A DNA stretch of 64,000 nt. Source: Clostridiales bacterium Firm_07. Its GTDB lineage: Bacteria; Bacillota; Clostridia; Oscillospirales; CAG-272. This document shows, in pieces, positions 33,691 to 45,699 of the stretch; positions within the stretch are counted from its first letter, which is position 1, and every line of letters begins with the position of its first letter. The position numbers and the translations under genes were made by a program. The notes beneath the pieces were generated by a model, which saw nothing but the letters and a program-made list of their open reading frames with translations, was not told the origin of the DNA and did not search any database. The DNA lies in the NCBI GenBank assembly GCA_001604005.1, contig LVAM01000019.1, positions 148,754-212,753 of the forward strand, in the 5' to 3' direction.

Positions 33691-34776
33691 TTAAAACTTC
33701 ATCGGTTTCGAGTTGAGATATTTTTTCACCATCAAGGCGACCTTAAAGGTGATGGCGTGCTCAAACTCACGCAGATCGAGTCCCGTCAGTTTGCGGATCT
33801 TTTCCAAGCGGTACACCAGCGTGTTGCGGTGCACGAAAAGTTTTCTCGACGTTTCCGAAACGTTGAGGTTGTTTTCAAAGAAGCACTGAATGGTCATCAG
33901 CGTTTCGCGGTCGAGAGCGTCCAGACTCTCTTTTTTGAAGACCTCTTGCAAAAAGATCTCGCACAGCGTGGTGGGCAGTTGATAAATGAGACGTCCGATG
34001 CCGAGATTCTCATAACTGATGATATTCTTCTCGGTCTCAAAAACTTTGCCCACTTCCAACGCGATCTGCGCTTCTTTGTATGCGCGCGCAAGGTCTTTGA
34101 TATTGTCGACCGCGGTGGAAATGCCGATGATGACTTTGGCGTAAAACTCGGTGGAGAGCGTGTCGGCAATGCCCGTCGCCATTTTTTCGATCTCGCGGCT
34201 GTCGGTGCCCTGCTTGATCTCCTTGACAAGAACGATGTCGTTTTCTCCCACGCTGATGACGTAATCTTTCGATTTGTCCGGGAACATATTTTGGAGCATC
34301 TCAAACGGCATCATATCGGTCTTGCCGGTGAATTTGATGAGGAAAACGATCCGCACCTCTTCGGTGTTGAAATGCAGTTCTTTGCTCTTGATGTAAATGT
34401 CGCTCGGAAGGATATTGTCCAGTATGATATTCTTGATGAAAGAGCCTTTATCATACTTTTCGTCGTAAAGATTTTTGATGTTGCCGAAAGAAATGGCAAG
34501 AAGCTTGCACATTTTCTCCGCCATTTTGTCCTCACCTTCCACGAAAACCAGATATTCGGTCTTGACGCCGCCGAGTATCGGACGGTACGTGTATCCGCCC
34601 ATCGCGATCTCTTCGCTTGCGTGGGAGAGTTCGTCCCGCACGCCCTGGCGCACTTCTCCGATCTTGAGAAGTTCGGAGCAGGCGATGATGAGCCCGTTTT
34701 CGTCGATAACGCCGATCACACGGTCAATGGCTTCTTTCATCTGATGGATCACGCCTTGGAATAATCTGTTCGACAT
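33691..34776 (-). CDS. PucR/CdaR-family transcriptional regulator
   Basis: The N-terminal ...VIGVIDENGLIIACSELLKIGEV... looks like a diacid-recognition domain. The C-terminal HTH is ...LNVSETSRKLFVHRNTLVYRLEKIRKLTGLDLREFEH... Confidence 0.8.
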   Translation of the reverse strand: MSNRLFQGVIHQMKEAIDRVIGVIDENGLIIACSELLKIGEVRQGVRDELSHASEEIAMGGYTYRPILGGVKTEYLVFVEGEDKMAEKMCKLLAISFGNIKNLYDEKYDKGSFIKNIILDNILPSDIYIKSKELHFNTEEVRIVFLIKFTGKTDMMPFEMLQNMFPDKSKDYVISVGENDIVLVKEIKQGTDSREIEKMATGIADTLSTEFYAKVIIGISTAVDNIKDLARAYKEAQIALEVGKVFETEKNIISYENLGIGRLIYQLPTTLCEIFLQEVFKKESLDALDRETLMTIQCFFENNLNVSETSRKLFVHRNTLVYRLEKIRKLTGLDLREFEHAITFKVALMVKKYLNSKPMKF

Positions 34777-34814
34777 ACTTCTTTCCTCACAGTTCTTATC
34801 CGTTTATCAAAGTT

Positions 34815-34859
34815 GTGTAGAATTACATATATTCTACACGATTTTTTGTGATTTTGCAA
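34815..34859 (-). promoter_or_regulatory. promoter of the PucR/CdaR-family gene with an overlapping 9-7-9 inverted-repeat operator
   Basis: Minus strand: TTGCAA (34859-34854), 17 nt spacer, TAGAAT (34836-34831). The perfect inverted repeat GTGTAGAAT-N7-ATTCTACAC (34815-34839) covers the -10 box and the +1 site. Confidence 0.5.
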
Positions 34860-34901
34860 TAGTTATTTGCCATTTTTCACAGATTTTTCGTATTCTTTTT
34901 G

Positions 34902-35654
34902 TTATTTATTTGTCATTTGCCGCAATTCCGTGGCAAACGAGATCGCGGAAAGCGCAAAGATCGGCGCGGTTTCGGTGCGCAAAATGCGCTTGCCGAGTCC
35001 CGTAAGGCTCGCGCCGCGTTCTTTTGCCGCTTCGGCCTCCGATTTTTCAAAGCCGCCCTCGCTGCCGATCACAACGGCGAGCGTTTTCGCCGTGTCGGGC
35101 GGGGGCAACAACTCACCGAGAGATTTTGTCCCCTCTCCCTCATAGCAGAAAAGCACAAGATCGTTTTTTGCGGCGTCCGTGAGCATTTCTGAAAAGGAGA
35201 TCGTCTTCTCCACCGCGGGAAGGATCCCGCGCTCGCACTGTCCCGCCGCCTCGGCGGCGATGCGCGCGCGGCGCGCGCGCTTTTTCTCCTCGTTTTCCCC
35301 TTTGCTTCGCGCTACGCACCGCGCGCTCTCAAAGGGTACGATGCGGGAAACGCCGCATTCCACTGCCTTTTGAATGATGGTTTCCAGTTTGTCGCCTTTC
35401 GGGAGTGCTTGATAGAGCGTGATGAAAAGCGGCGGCTCGGTTTGATTTTCCCGTTTCTCCAAAACCCGCGCACGCACTTCGTCGGGGAGAAAATCTGTCA
35501 GTTGGCAAATATAATCGTTCCCCGCGCCGTCACATATCGTCACCCTGTCGCCTTTTCCGGCGCGCAAAGAATAAGAAAGATGATGGGCGTCTTCGCCCGT
35601 TATGCGCACACAGTCGTTCTCTATTTGTTGACTTGCGACAAAGAAACGCGGCAT
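34902..35654 (-). CDS. rsmE: 16S rRNA (uracil1498-N3)-methyltransferase RsmE
   Basis: The ATG at 35654 follows AGGGGTGG. MPRFFVASQQIENDCVRITGEDAHHLSYSLRAGKGDRVTICDG... and the C-terminal ...LGKRILRTETA... are typical. The position after prmA matches B. subtilis yqeT-yqeU. Confidence 0.9.
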   Translation of the reverse strand: MPRFFVASQQIENDCVRITGEDAHHLSYSLRAGKGDRVTICDGAGNDYICQLTDFLPDEVRARVLEKRENQTEPPLFITLYQALPKGDKLETIIQKAVECGVSRIVPFESARCVARSKGENEEKKRARRARIAAEAAGQCERGILPAVEKTISFSEMLTDAAKNDLVLFCYEGEGTKSLGELLPPPDTAKTLAVVIGSEGGFEKSEAEAAKERGASLTGLGKRILRTETAPIFALSAISFATELRQMTNK

Positions 35655-35684
35655 TTTTCCACCCCTTTTTGATAACTTATGAGT

Positions 35685-35713
35685 ATTATATCGCAAAATC
35701 AACAACTTGTCAA
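35685..35713 (-). promoter_or_regulatory. consensus sigma-A promoter of rsmE
   Basis: Minus strand: TTGACA (35713-35708), 17 nt spacer, TATAAT (35690-35685). Confidence 0.65.
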
Positions 35714-35736
35714 TGAGAAATTTGTGACAATCGACA

Positions 35737-35766
35737 GAAAAAAGCCGATCGCAAAGATCGGCTCTT
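35737..35766 (-). terminator. intrinsic terminator of the dnaK operon (after prmA)
   Basis: Minus strand: AGCCGATC-TTTGC-GATCGGCT followed by TTTTTTC. Confidence 0.7.
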
Positions 35767-35778
35767 TTCTCTATTCGA

Positions 35779-36702
35779 TCATTTTGAAACGACAAGCGCG
35801 CACCAGCCGTTGTCATCTCGCCGCTCGCACACGGTCAGTCCCGCCGCGGTAAGGGCGCCGCAAACTTCTTCCGCGCGCTCGGTAATGATGCCGGAAGCAA
35901 GCAGTTTGCCGTCTTCTTTCATATAGCGCGCAACGTCTGGCGCCATACGAATGATGATATCCGCCACGATGTTGGCGCAGATCAGATCGTACGCGCCGCC
36001 CGAAAGATCGACGTTTCGGAGGAGATCGGAAACGTCGCACGTGACGTTCGGAACGCCGTTTGCGGCGATATTTTCGCGCGCCACGCGCACCGCCACGCCG
36101 TCAATGTCGTATGCGCGGCACTCGGCGGCGCCGAGTTTGGCGGCGCAAATGGCAAGAATGCCGCTGCCGCACCCGACGTCAAGCACTCTGTCGCCGGGTT
36201 TTACCAAATTTTCCAGTATTTCGATCACAAGTCTTGTGGTTTCGTGCGTGCCGGTTCCGAACGCCATACCGGGATCCATCGTCACAATGATCTCGTCTTT
36301 TTTCGGCGTGTATTTTTCCCACTGCGGCACGATCACCATACGGCGACCGATGTGCAAAGGCTTATAATAGGCTTTCCAAGAGTTCGCCCAGTCCTCTTCC
36401 GAGACGCCGATCAGTTCGATCTTACCGTCGATGCCGCACGCCGCCAGCCGCTCTCTCAGGAACGCGACCGCGTCCGAATACGGTCTGTCGGCGGGAACGA
36501 AGACCGAAACCGCCGCCACGGTTTTGTCCGCGTTGAGGATACTTTCGTCGATGAGATCGCCGTAACAGGTTTTGAGATCAATGTCGCTGTAATCCTCGAT
36601 CATCAGATTGTTGTTCAGCATACTCATCACCGCCGTCAGCGCGTCAAGCTGTTCAAGCGGGACCGTCACTTTGATCTGTGTCCACTCGCTCGTGGTGTTC
36701 AT
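35779..36702 (-). CDS. prmA: ribosomal protein L11 methyltransferase
   Basis: The ATG at 36702 follows GAGGAAG; the ORF track starts at a GTG 12 nt earlier. It has ...MDPGMAFGTGTHETT... and the SAM motif ...VLDVGCGSGILAI... Confidence 0.92.
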   Translation of the reverse strand: MNTTSEWTQIKVTVPLEQLDALTAVMSMLNNNLMIEDYSDIDLKTCYGDLIDESILNADKTVAAVSVFVPADRPYSDAVAFLRERLAACGIDGKIELIGVSEEDWANSWKAYYKPLHIGRRMVIVPQWEKYTPKKDEIIVTMDPGMAFGTGTHETTRLVIEILENLVKPGDRVLDVGCGSGILAICAAKLGAAECRAYDIDGVAVRVARENIAANGVPNVTCDVSDLLRNVDLSGGAYDLICANIVADIIIRMAPDVARYMKEDGKLLASGIITERAEEVCGALTAAGLTVCERRDDNGWCALVVSK

Positions 36703-36710
36703 TGTCTTCC

Positions 36711-37859
36711 TCACTTATTCTTTTTCTCGAAAATACGCTTGAAAAAGCCGCTTTTCTTGGCGTAATTGCTCTCTTGGCAATCCCCCGCAAAGGCGCGCAC
36801 TTCCTCTTTTTGCTTTTCGGAAAGTCCGCGCGGAATCTCCACGTTCACGCGGAAAATAAGATCTCCGCGGCGGGAACTGTTGACGAACGGAATGCCCTTG
36901 CCGCGCAAAGTAAAGGTCGTGCCCGGTTGCGTGCCCTCGGGAATGGTGTATGTTTCACTGCCTTCCAACGTCGGCACTTCGATTTTTGCGCCGAGGATCG
37001 CGTGCGTCACGGGAATGGGCACTTCACAGTAAATATTGTAGCCGTCGCGCTCGAAAATCGGGTGCGGCTTGACCATCACCTGCAAAATGAGGTCGCCCGC
37101 GCTCCCGCCGTTTCTGCCGTCGTTGCCCTGCCCGCGCAATGCGATGCGCTCTCCGTCGTCAATGCCGGCGGGGATCGAAACTTCCAGTTTTTTGGCGATG
37201 CGGATAAAGCCCGTACCGCGGCAGTTCTGGCAGGGCGATTTGATGATCTTGCCCCGTCCGCGGCAAGCGTCGCAGGTCGTGGTGCTTTCAAACTGCATGC
37301 CGCCCAGGCGTTGGAGTACCCGCATTTGCCCGCTTCCGTGGCACTTCGTGCAAGTCTCGGCGCTCGTTCCTTTCGCCGCGCCGCTTCCCGAGCAGTCGGG
37401 GCATTTGACGATGCGGTTGTAATTGATCTCTTTTTTGACGCCGAACGCCGCTTCCTCAAACGTGATCGAAACGCGCGCGCCGATGTCATCGCCGCGCACG
37501 GGACCGTTCCGCCGTGCGCCGCCGGAGCCGAACCCGCCCCCGAAGATATTGTTGAAAATGTCTCCGAAATCACCGAAACCGCCGCCGAATCCGCCAAATC
37601 CACCGTATCCGGCGCCGCCTCCCGCGCCCGCCTCAAACGCCGCGTGACCGTACTGATCGTATTTCGCGCGTTTATCGGCGTCGGAGAGGACGTCGTAGGC
37701 TTCGTTGACTTCCTTGAACTTGACTTCCGCCTCTTTGTTCCCCGGGTTCATATCGGGGTGATATTTTTTCGCCAGTGTGCGATATGCCTTTTTGATGGCA
37801 GCATCATCGGCGTTTTTCTCGACGCCGAGTACCTCATAGTAATCGCGTTTTTCTGCCAT
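36711..37859 (-). CDS. dnaJ: molecular chaperone DnaJ
   Basis: The ATG at 37859 follows AAGGAG. It has the J-domain [40 protein letters not shown]..., a G/F-rich linker and four CxxCxGxG repeats. Confidence 0.97.
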   Translation of the reverse strand: MAEKRDYYEVLGVEKNADDAAIKKAYRTLAKKYHPDMNPGNKEAEVKFKEVNEAYDVLSDADKRAKYDQYGHAAFEAGAGGGAGYGGFGGFGGGFGDFGDIFNNIFGGGFGSGGARRNGPVRGDDIGARVSITFEEAAFGVKKEINYNRIVKCPDCSGSGAAKGTSAETCTKCHGSGQMRVLQRLGGMQFESTTTCDACRGRGKIIKSPCQNCRGTGFIRIAKKLEVSIPAGIDDGERIALRGQGNDGRNGGSAGDLILQVMVKPHPIFERDGYNIYCEVPIPVTHAILGAKIEVPTLEGSETYTIPEGTQPGTTFTLRGKGIPFVNSSRRGDLIFRVNVEIPRGLSEKQKEEVRAFAGDCQESNYAKKSGFFKRIFEKKNK

Positions 37860-37915
37860 AGCTCTCCTTGCGGGCAAAAATTCCCGTCAAAATCTCGTTT
37901 TCCGTATGTCGGCAA

Positions 37916-37938
37916 GGGGCGGCGCCATGCGCCGCCCC
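37916..37938 (-). other. GC-rich stem-loop in the dnaK-dnaJ spacer (no U-tract in the sense direction)
   Basis: GGGGCGGCGC-CAT-GCGCCGCCCC: a 10-bp perfect stem. The T-tract lies only on the antisense (plus) side. Confidence 0.45.
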
Positions 37939-37945
37939 CGCTTTT

Positions 37946-39781
<1,836 letters not shown>

Positions 39782-39825
39782 AATAGATTTCCTCCGATCT
39801 ATCTATAAAGTAATTTTTGACTGTT

Positions 39826-40428
39826 TCAATTTGCGACTTTGACCATCGCATAGCGAAGGACGCGATCGTCCTTCATATAGCCTTTTTGCAGGACTTCCGC
39901 GACCGTGTTTTCTCCGAGCGCGGGATCGTCCACGTGCATCACGGCGTTGTGGAGCGCCGGATCAAAGGGCTTTCCCAGCGCCTCGATCTCGGTGACGCCC
40001 AGTTTGCCGAGCGTTTCTTCCGCACCGCGTAATACCATCGCAATGCCTTTCGCAAGGCTCTCGCCGTCCGAAAAGGCGGCGGCGCGCTCCAAATTATCCA
40101 CCATCGGCAAAAACGCCGTCAGCGCCTCGGCAAGCGCGTCCGCGTACAGATTTTCCCGCTCTTTCGCGTTGCGGCGGCGGAAATTATCGTATTCCGCGGC
40201 AAGCCGCAAATAGCGGTCGTTCAGTTCTTCCAGCGCCTTTTCGCCCTCTGCCGCCTTTTTCTCGGCTTTGGCAAGTTCGGCTTCCAGATGCCGCACTTTC
40301 TTTTTCGGCTCTTTTTCCTCTTTTCCCTCTTCGGCGCTCTCGGCAAAAGTTGCCGTCTCCGCGTCGTTCGGGTTTTCTTTTTCCGTCGCTTCGTCGGGCG
40401 TCAGCGGCTCTTTTTCTTTTTCTTCCAT
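39826..40428 (-). CDS. grpE: nucleotide exchange factor GrpE
   Basis: The ATG at 40428 follows AAAGGA. It has an acidic N-terminus, then ...LNDRYLRLAAEYDNFRRRNAKERE... and ...FDPALHNAVMHV... Confidence 0.93.
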   Translation of the reverse strand: MEEKEKEPLTPDEATEKENPNDAETATFAESAEEGKEEKEPKKKVRHLEAELAKAEKKAAEGEKALEELNDRYLRLAAEYDNFRRRNAKERENLYADALAEALTAFLPMVDNLERAAAFSDGESLAKGIAMVLRGAEETLGKLGVTEIEALGKPFDPALHNAVMHVDDPALGENTVAEVLQKGYMKDDRVLRYAMVKVAN

Positions 40429-40450
40429 AATATCCTTTCCGCCAAAGGGT

Positions 40451-41521
40451 TTATTGCTTCTCACTCTCGCCCTTCGGCTGTGTCGGCTCGTTTAAGAGTT
40501 GCGTGACGTTGCCGCCGAGGTTGTCAAGCATTGCCAGCACGCGGGCGTAATCCATACGCAAAGGACCGATCACGCCGATCGCGCCGACCGTGTGCCCTCC
40601 CTGCTTGATGGGCTTGAAAACCACCGTGGATTGGTTCATCACGCGCACCGAACTCTCGGAGCCGATCACCACGCTCACGTCGTCGCCCTCGGTGTCGGGG
40701 AAAAGATTGAGGATCTCCTCTTTCCCCTCGATGGCGCCGATCAGCTCGCCGAGGCGCTCGGTATCCGTAAATTCGGGATATTGCAACAAACGGTCGATGC
40801 CGCTCACTTTCAGGTCGCCGCTGTCAAGGTCGTGCAACACTTCGTAAACGCACTTCATCACGGCGTTCACAAGCGCCTCGTGCCCCGCCATACGCCCTTC
40901 AAGCCGCATCAAGATCGGCAACGTGATCTCATCCGCCGACAGCCCCACGGCAAGTTCGTTGAGCGCGCCGGAGAGCGCCGCCAAGTCTTTTTCGGTGATC
41001 TCGCCCTCGGAGATGAGGTTGCGGGTTTTCACCGTGCCGTTGGACGCCACCAGGATCAGGATGAAACTGTGCGCGTCGATCATCGCGGTTTCGTATTTGT
41101 TGATCGTCAGCGCGTGTTCGCGCGCTTTGACGGCAAATCCCGTATAGTTGGTCAGCGTGGAGGCGGCTTTGGAGGCGTTCTCCAAGATCCGATCGAGTTC
41201 GGAGAGTTTCACTTTCATCAATTGGTTGATCTGCGCGATCTCTTTTGCCGTGATCGCGTAATCTTCCAACAGCGAATCCACGTAAAAACGGTAGCCCTGT
41301 TTGCTCGGCACGCGCCCCGCCGAGGTGTGCGGCTGTTCGAGATAGCCGAGGTTTTCCAGCTCCGCCATCTCGTTGCGGATGGTAGCGGAAGAACAGGACA
41401 ACTGCCGACTTTCGGTGATATATTTGGAACCGACCGGTTCGCCGCCCTTGATGTGCGCCTCGACGATGGCTTTGAGGATCTGTTTTTTCCGATCGCTCAA
41501 CACGGGTTTTTCCTCGTTCAC
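40451..41521 (-). CDS. hrcA: heat-inducible transcription repressor HrcA
   Basis: A GTG start lies 6 nt after AGGAGGGAG. ...LSDRKKQILKAIVEAHIKGGEPVGSKYI...SSATIRNEMAELENLGYLEQPHTSAGRVPS... is typical HrcA. Confidence 0.93.
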   Translation of the reverse strand: MNEEKPVLSDRKKQILKAIVEAHIKGGEPVGSKYITESRQLSCSSATIRNEMAELENLGYLEQPHTSAGRVPSKQGYRFYVDSLLEDYAITAKEIAQINQLMKVKLSELDRILENASKAASTLTNYTGFAVKAREHALTINKYETAMIDAHSFILILVASNGTVKTRNLISEGEITEKDLAALSGALNELAVGLSADEITLPILMRLEGRMAGHEALVNAVMKCVYEVLHDLDSGDLKVSGIDRLLQYPEFTDTERLGELIGAIEGKEEILNLFPDTEGDDVSVVIGSESSVRVMNQSTVVFKPIKQGGHTVGAIGVIGPLRMDYARVLAMLDNLGGNVTQLLNEPTQPKGESEKQ

Positions 41522-41540
41522 GCCGCTCCCTCCTTTCGTT

Positions 41541-41567
41541 TTAGCACTCTTTGACCGAAAGTGCTAA
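41541..41567. promoter_or_regulatory. CIRCE operator (HrcA binding site)
   Basis: TTAGCACTC-TTTGACCGA-AAGTGCTAA versus the consensus TTAGCACTC-N9-GAGTGCTAA (one mismatch). It lies between the -10 box and the hrcA RBS. Confidence 0.85.
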
Positions 41568-41578
41568 CCACAAGACTA

Positions 41579-41607
41579 AATATATCACTGTTTTGCGCGT
41601 TTGTCAA
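41579..41607 (-). promoter_or_regulatory. sigma-A promoter of the hrcA-grpE-dnaK-dnaJ-prmA operon
   Basis: Minus strand: TTGACA (41607-41602), 17 nt spacer, TATATT (41584-41579). Confidence 0.65.
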
Positions 41608-41682
41608 GATATTCATACATGATTTTTCTCATTTTTTGAAAAAATTTTCAAAAAAATCGGCAAACTGCGCATTCAACTGCAA

Positions 41683-41710
41683 AGAAAAGCCCCGCCCTTA
41701 TGGGCGGAGC
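41683..41710 (-). terminator. intrinsic terminator after the THUMP methyltransferase gene
   Basis: Minus strand: CCGCCC-ATAA-GGGCGG-GGCTTTTCTTT. It begins 5 nt after the stop at 41715-41717. Confidence 0.55.
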
Positions 41711-41714
41711 AATT

Positions 41715-42857
41715 TCAGCGCTTCTTTTTCAGAAAATCGGGACGAAAGTATTCATAGAGGTAACACGGGATCATTCCGTTGTAGAGTTTCTTTACCTTGT
41801 CGGCGCGTTTGCCGTAAAGCGCTTCAAAGCGCGGGTGCGAGGTGAGAATGTAAATTTGCCAAGGAGAGAGCGCGTGAAACGGCGCGGCAATGGCGCGATA
41901 GAGTTCTTCCGCCTGCCGCACGTCGAGCATTCGCTCCCCATAGGGCGGGTTGCAAATGACGGTCCCGCGCGCGTCGGCTTCCACCTTTTGGATTTTGCGC
42001 GCGTCCGCGGCAAAGAAACGGATGCACTCCCCCACCCCCGCGCGCCGCGCGTTTTCGGCGGCAAGTTTCAAAATCTCGCCGTCGGTATCCGATCCATAGA
42101 GCGTCGGGCGCGCCTCACGCCGCACGGCGGCGTTTGCCTCGTCGGCGGCATCGCGCCACACGCGCTTCGGCAAAAAGTCAAAATCCATCGCCGCGAAATT
42201 CCGTCCCGCGCCGGGCGCGATGTTTTTGAGGATCATCGCCGCTTCGATGAGAATGGTGCCGGAGCCGCAAAACGGATCGTGTATGAGCGTGTCTTCCCGC
42301 GGGCGCGCTTCCATGGCAAGCGACGCGGCAAGCGTTTCGCGCAAAGGCGCCGCGCCCGACGTCGGGCGGTATCCCCTTTTGTGCAATGCCGAACCCGTGG
42401 TGTCGATCATCAGCGTGGCAACGTCTTTGAAAAGGAAGAACTCCACGCGGCAGGGCGCGCCGTCTTCGGGAAAGATCTTGATGCCATAGACCGAGGAAAG
42501 GCGCTCCACCACCGCTTTTTTAATGATGCTTTGACAATCGGGCACCGAGTAAAGCGCGCTTTTGATGGCGTGCCCCGTTACGGGAAAGGCGTTGTGCGCG
42601 CCGATATACTCCTCAAAGGGGAGCGCGCGCACGCCGTCGAACAGTTCGGTAAAACTGCGCGCCGGAAACGCGCCCACGCGCAGATACACGCGCTCGGCGG
42701 TGCGCAAAAAGACGTTGGCGCGCGCAATATCGCACATTTCACCCGCAAACGTAACGCGGCCGTCCATCGTGTCGATGCGCCGACAGCCCAGCGCGTCGAT
42801 CTCGGCGCCGAGTTGCTTTTCAAGCCCGAAAAGGCAGGTCGCAACCAGTTCGATCAT
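41715..42857 (-). CDS. THUMP-domain class I SAM-dependent RNA methyltransferase (RlmL/YpsC-like)
   Basis: The ATG at 42857 overlaps the uvrA TGA (ATGA). It has [24 protein letters not shown]..., ...[14 protein letters not shown]... and the ...NPPYGERM... catalytic motif. Confidence 0.8.
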   Translation of the reverse strand: MIELVATCLFGLEKQLGAEIDALGCRRIDTMDGRVTFAGEMCDIARANVFLRTAERVYLRVGAFPARSFTELFDGVRALPFEEYIGAHNAFPVTGHAIKSALYSVPDCQSIIKKAVVERLSSVYGIKIFPEDGAPCRVEFFLFKDVATLMIDTTGSALHKRGYRPTSGAAPLRETLAASLAMEARPREDTLIHDPFCGSGTILIEAAMILKNIAPGAGRNFAAMDFDFLPKRVWRDAADEANAAVRREARPTLYGSDTDGEILKLAAENARRAGVGECIRFFAADARKIQKVEADARGTVICNPPYGERMLDVRQAEELYRAIAAPFHALSPWQIYILTSHPRFEALYGKRADKVKKLYNGMIPCYLYEYFRPDFLKKKR

Positions 42858-45697
42858 TTCTTTTTGCCCTTCTCCAACCATTTTTTGAGATACTGCCCCG
42901 TGTAGGAGCGCTCCATCGCGGCGATCTCCTCGGGCGTGCCGCACCCGACCACCGTTCCGCCGCCGTCCCCGCCCTCGGGGCCGAGATCAACGATATAATC
43001 GGCGGTCTTGATGACGTCGAGATTGTGCTCGATCACGATCACGGTATTGCCGCCGTCCGTCAGACGTTGGAGCATTTCCACCAATTTGGCGACGTCGTCG
43101 CTGTGCAGTCCCGTGGTCGGCTCGTCGAGGATATAGATCGTCTTGCCCGTTCCGCGCTTTGAGAGTTCGCCCGCAAGCCGTATGCGCTGTGCCTCGCCGC
43201 CGGAGAGCGTGGTGGAAGATTGTCCGATACCGATATAGCCGAGACCGACGTCAAAGAGAGTTTGCAGTTTTCGCTTGATGGCGGGAATGCCGTCAAAAAA
43301 GGAAAGCCCCTCCTCCACTGTCATTTGCAAAACGTCGGCAATATTTTTGCCTTTATAATGCACGTCCAGCGTGTCGCGGTTATAGCGTTTACCTTTGCAC
43401 ACGTCGCAGGTGACGTACACGTCGGGCAAAAAGTGCATTTCGATCTTCTTGACGCCGTCGCCCTCGCAGGCTTCGCACCTGCCTCCCTTGACGTTAAAGG
43501 AAAAACGTCCCGCCGTGTACCCGCGCGCCTTGGCGTCGGGGGTTTTGGCGAAAAGATCGCGGATCTCGTTGAAAAGCCCCGTATAGGTGGCGGGATTGGA
43601 GCGCGGCGTGCGCCCGATGGGGCTTTGGTCGATGGCGATCACCTTGTCAAGATATTCCGCGCCCGTTACGCTGTCAAACGCGCCGGGATACGTCGTGGCG
43701 CGATTGAGTTTTGCCGAAAGATACGGGTAAACGATCCCGTTGACAAGCGAGGATTTGCCCGATCCCGACACACCGGTGACGCAAATAAAAGTGCCGAGCG
43801 GGAAACGCACGGTGATCCCTTTCAGGTTGTTCTGCCGCGCGCCGAAGACGGTGAGAAACCGTCCGTTCCCCGCGCGGCGCGTTTGCGGCACGGGAATCTG
43901 TTTTCTCCCCGACAAATATGCGCCCGTGATCGAGTTCGGCGCGTTTTTGATCTCCTCGGGCGTGCCGCACGCCACGATCTTGCCGCCGTGGATCCCCGCG
44001 CCGGGGCCGACGTCCACGATATAATCGGCGGCTTCCATCGTTTCCTCGTCGTGCTCCACGACCAGCACGCTGTTGCCGAGATCGCGCAGATTTTTGAGCG
44101 TGCGAATGAGTTTTCCGTTGTCGCGCTGATGAAGCCCGATACTCGGCTCATCGAGAATATAGAGAACGCCGACCAAAGCGGAGCCGATCTGCGTGGCAAG
44201 GCGTATGCGTTGCGCCTCGCCGCCCGAAAGCGTGCCCGCCCTTCTTGTGAGCGTGAGATAATCCAGCCCCACGCTGATGAGAAATCCGAGCCGCGCGCGC
44301 ACCTCTTTGAGGATCTCTTTGGCGATCTTGTTCTCGGTCTCGCTCAATTGGAGATGCTCGACGAAATCCAGCGCGTCCCGCACCGACATCGAGCAAAAAT
44401 CGTCGATGTTCTTCCCGCCCACCGTAACGGCAAGCACGAAAGGAGACAACCGCTTGCCGTGGCACGCGGGACAGGGCGCGTCCTCCACGAAATCGTCGTA
44501 ATACTCGTTTCCGTACATACGAATGCGGTTTTCGATCATCTTGACCACGCCCTCAAAGGGCACGATCTGCTCGTGGCGCTCTTTCGCGAAATAGCGCACG
44601 ATGTGGTATTTTTCCTCGCCGGAGCCGTAAAGCAACACCTTTTTTTGTTCGGGGGTGAACTTTTCGATCGGCGTGTCAAGCGTAAAGCCGAAACGCTCTC
44701 CGACGGCGGAGAAAAGCGGACCGTTCCAGCTTTCCCCTTCGAGCGTTTTGAAACCGTTGACGGCGATCGCGCCGCGCGAGAGCGAAAGCGTCTCGTCGGG
44801 GATCAGTTTCCAATCGGCAAGGCGACTCATCACGCCGAGTCCCGAACATTCGGGACACGCGCCCTGCGGATTGTTGAAAGAAAACATACGCGGTTCAAGT
44901 TCGCCAAAGGAAATGCCGTGCTCCTCGCAGGCGTAATTTTGCGAAAACGCAAGTTCGGCGGGGGCTTCCTCGCCCTCGCGCGCCATCGGGACGATCAGCA
45001 AATTGCCGTCCGCAAGCGAGAGAGCGGTCTCCACCGAGTCGCCGAGCCGCGCCGTAATATCGTCGCGCCGCACCAGGCGATCCACCACCACTTCGATGGT
45101 GTGCTTGACGTTTTTATCCAGTTTCGGTTCTTCCGAAAGGTCGTAAAGACTGCCGTCCACGCGCACGCGGGCAAAGCCGCTTTTCCGCGCGTCGGCAAAC
45201 ACCTTTTCGTGCATACCTTTTTTGGCGCGCACCACGGGCGCCAGCACGAGAAAGCGCGTGCCTTCGGGCAAAGAAAGGATGCGATCGACGATCTGATCTT
45301 TGCTTTGCTGTCTGATCTCCTTGCCGCACACGGGACAGTGCGGAATGCCGATGCGCGCATAGAGCAAGCGGAGATAATCGTAGATCTCGGTCACCGTGCC
45401 GACCGTGGAGCGCGGGTTTTTGGAAGTGGTCTTTTGGTCGATGGAAATGGCGGGAGAAAGCCCTTCCACGCTGTCAAGATCGGGCTTGTCCAGTTGCCCC
45501 AAAAACATACGCGCGTAAGAGGAGAGCGACTCCACAAAGCGGCGGTGTCCCTCGGCATAGAGGGTATCAAAGGCAAGCGAGGATTTTCCAGACCCCGAAA
45601 GCCCCGTAAAGACCACCAGTTTATTGCGCGGGATCGAAAGGTCGATATTTTGCAGATTATGGACGCGCACGCCCTTCAAAATGATTTCTTCGGACAT
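42854..45697 (-). CDS. uvrA: excinuclease ABC subunit UvrA
   Basis: 947 aa. It has [45 protein letters not shown]..., two ABC modules and zinc-finger Cys pairs. Confidence 0.98.
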   Translation of the reverse strand: MSEEIILKGVRVHNLQNIDLSIPRNKLVVFTGLSGSGKSSLAFDTLYAEGHRRFVESLSSYARMFLGQLDKPDLDSVEGLSPAISIDQKTTSKNPRSTVGTVTEIYDYLRLLYARIGIPHCPVCGKEIRQQSKDQIVDRILSLPEGTRFLVLAPVVRAKKGMHEKVFADARKSGFARVRVDGSLYDLSEEPKLDKNVKHTIEVVVDRLVRRDDITARLGDSVETALSLADGNLLIVPMAREGEEAPAELAFSQNYACEEHGISFGELEPRMFSFNNPQGACPECSGLGVMSRLADWKLIPDETLSLSRGAIAVNGFKTLEGESWNGPLFSAVGERFGFTLDTPIEKFTPEQKKVLLYGSGEEKYHIVRYFAKERHEQIVPFEGVVKMIENRIRMYGNEYYDDFVEDAPCPACHGKRLSPFVLAVTVGGKNIDDFCSMSVRDALDFVEHLQLSETENKIAKEILKEVRARLGFLISVGLDYLTLTRRAGTLSGGEAQRIRLATQIGSALVGVLYILDEPSIGLHQRDNGKLIRTLKNLRDLGNSVLVVEHDEETMEAADYIVDVGPGAGIHGGKIVACGTPEEIKNAPNSITGAYLSGRKQIPVPQTRRAGNGRFLTVFGARQNNLKGITVRFPLGTFICVTGVSGSGKSSLVNGIVYPYLSAKLNRATTYPGAFDSVTGAEYLDKVIAIDQSPIGRTPRSNPATYTGLFNEIRDLFAKTPDAKARGYTAGRFSFNVKGGRCEACEGDGVKKIEMHFLPDVYVTCDVCKGKRYNRDTLDVHYKGKNIADVLQMTVEEGLSFFDGIPAIKRKLQTLFDVGLGYIGIGQSSTTLSGGEAQRIRLAGELSKRGTGKTIYILDEPTTGLHSDDVAKLVEMLQRLTDGGNTVIVIEHNLDVIKTADYIVDLGPEGGDGGGTVVGCGTPEEIAAMERSYTGQYLKKWLEKGKKK

Positions 45698-45699
45698 TG

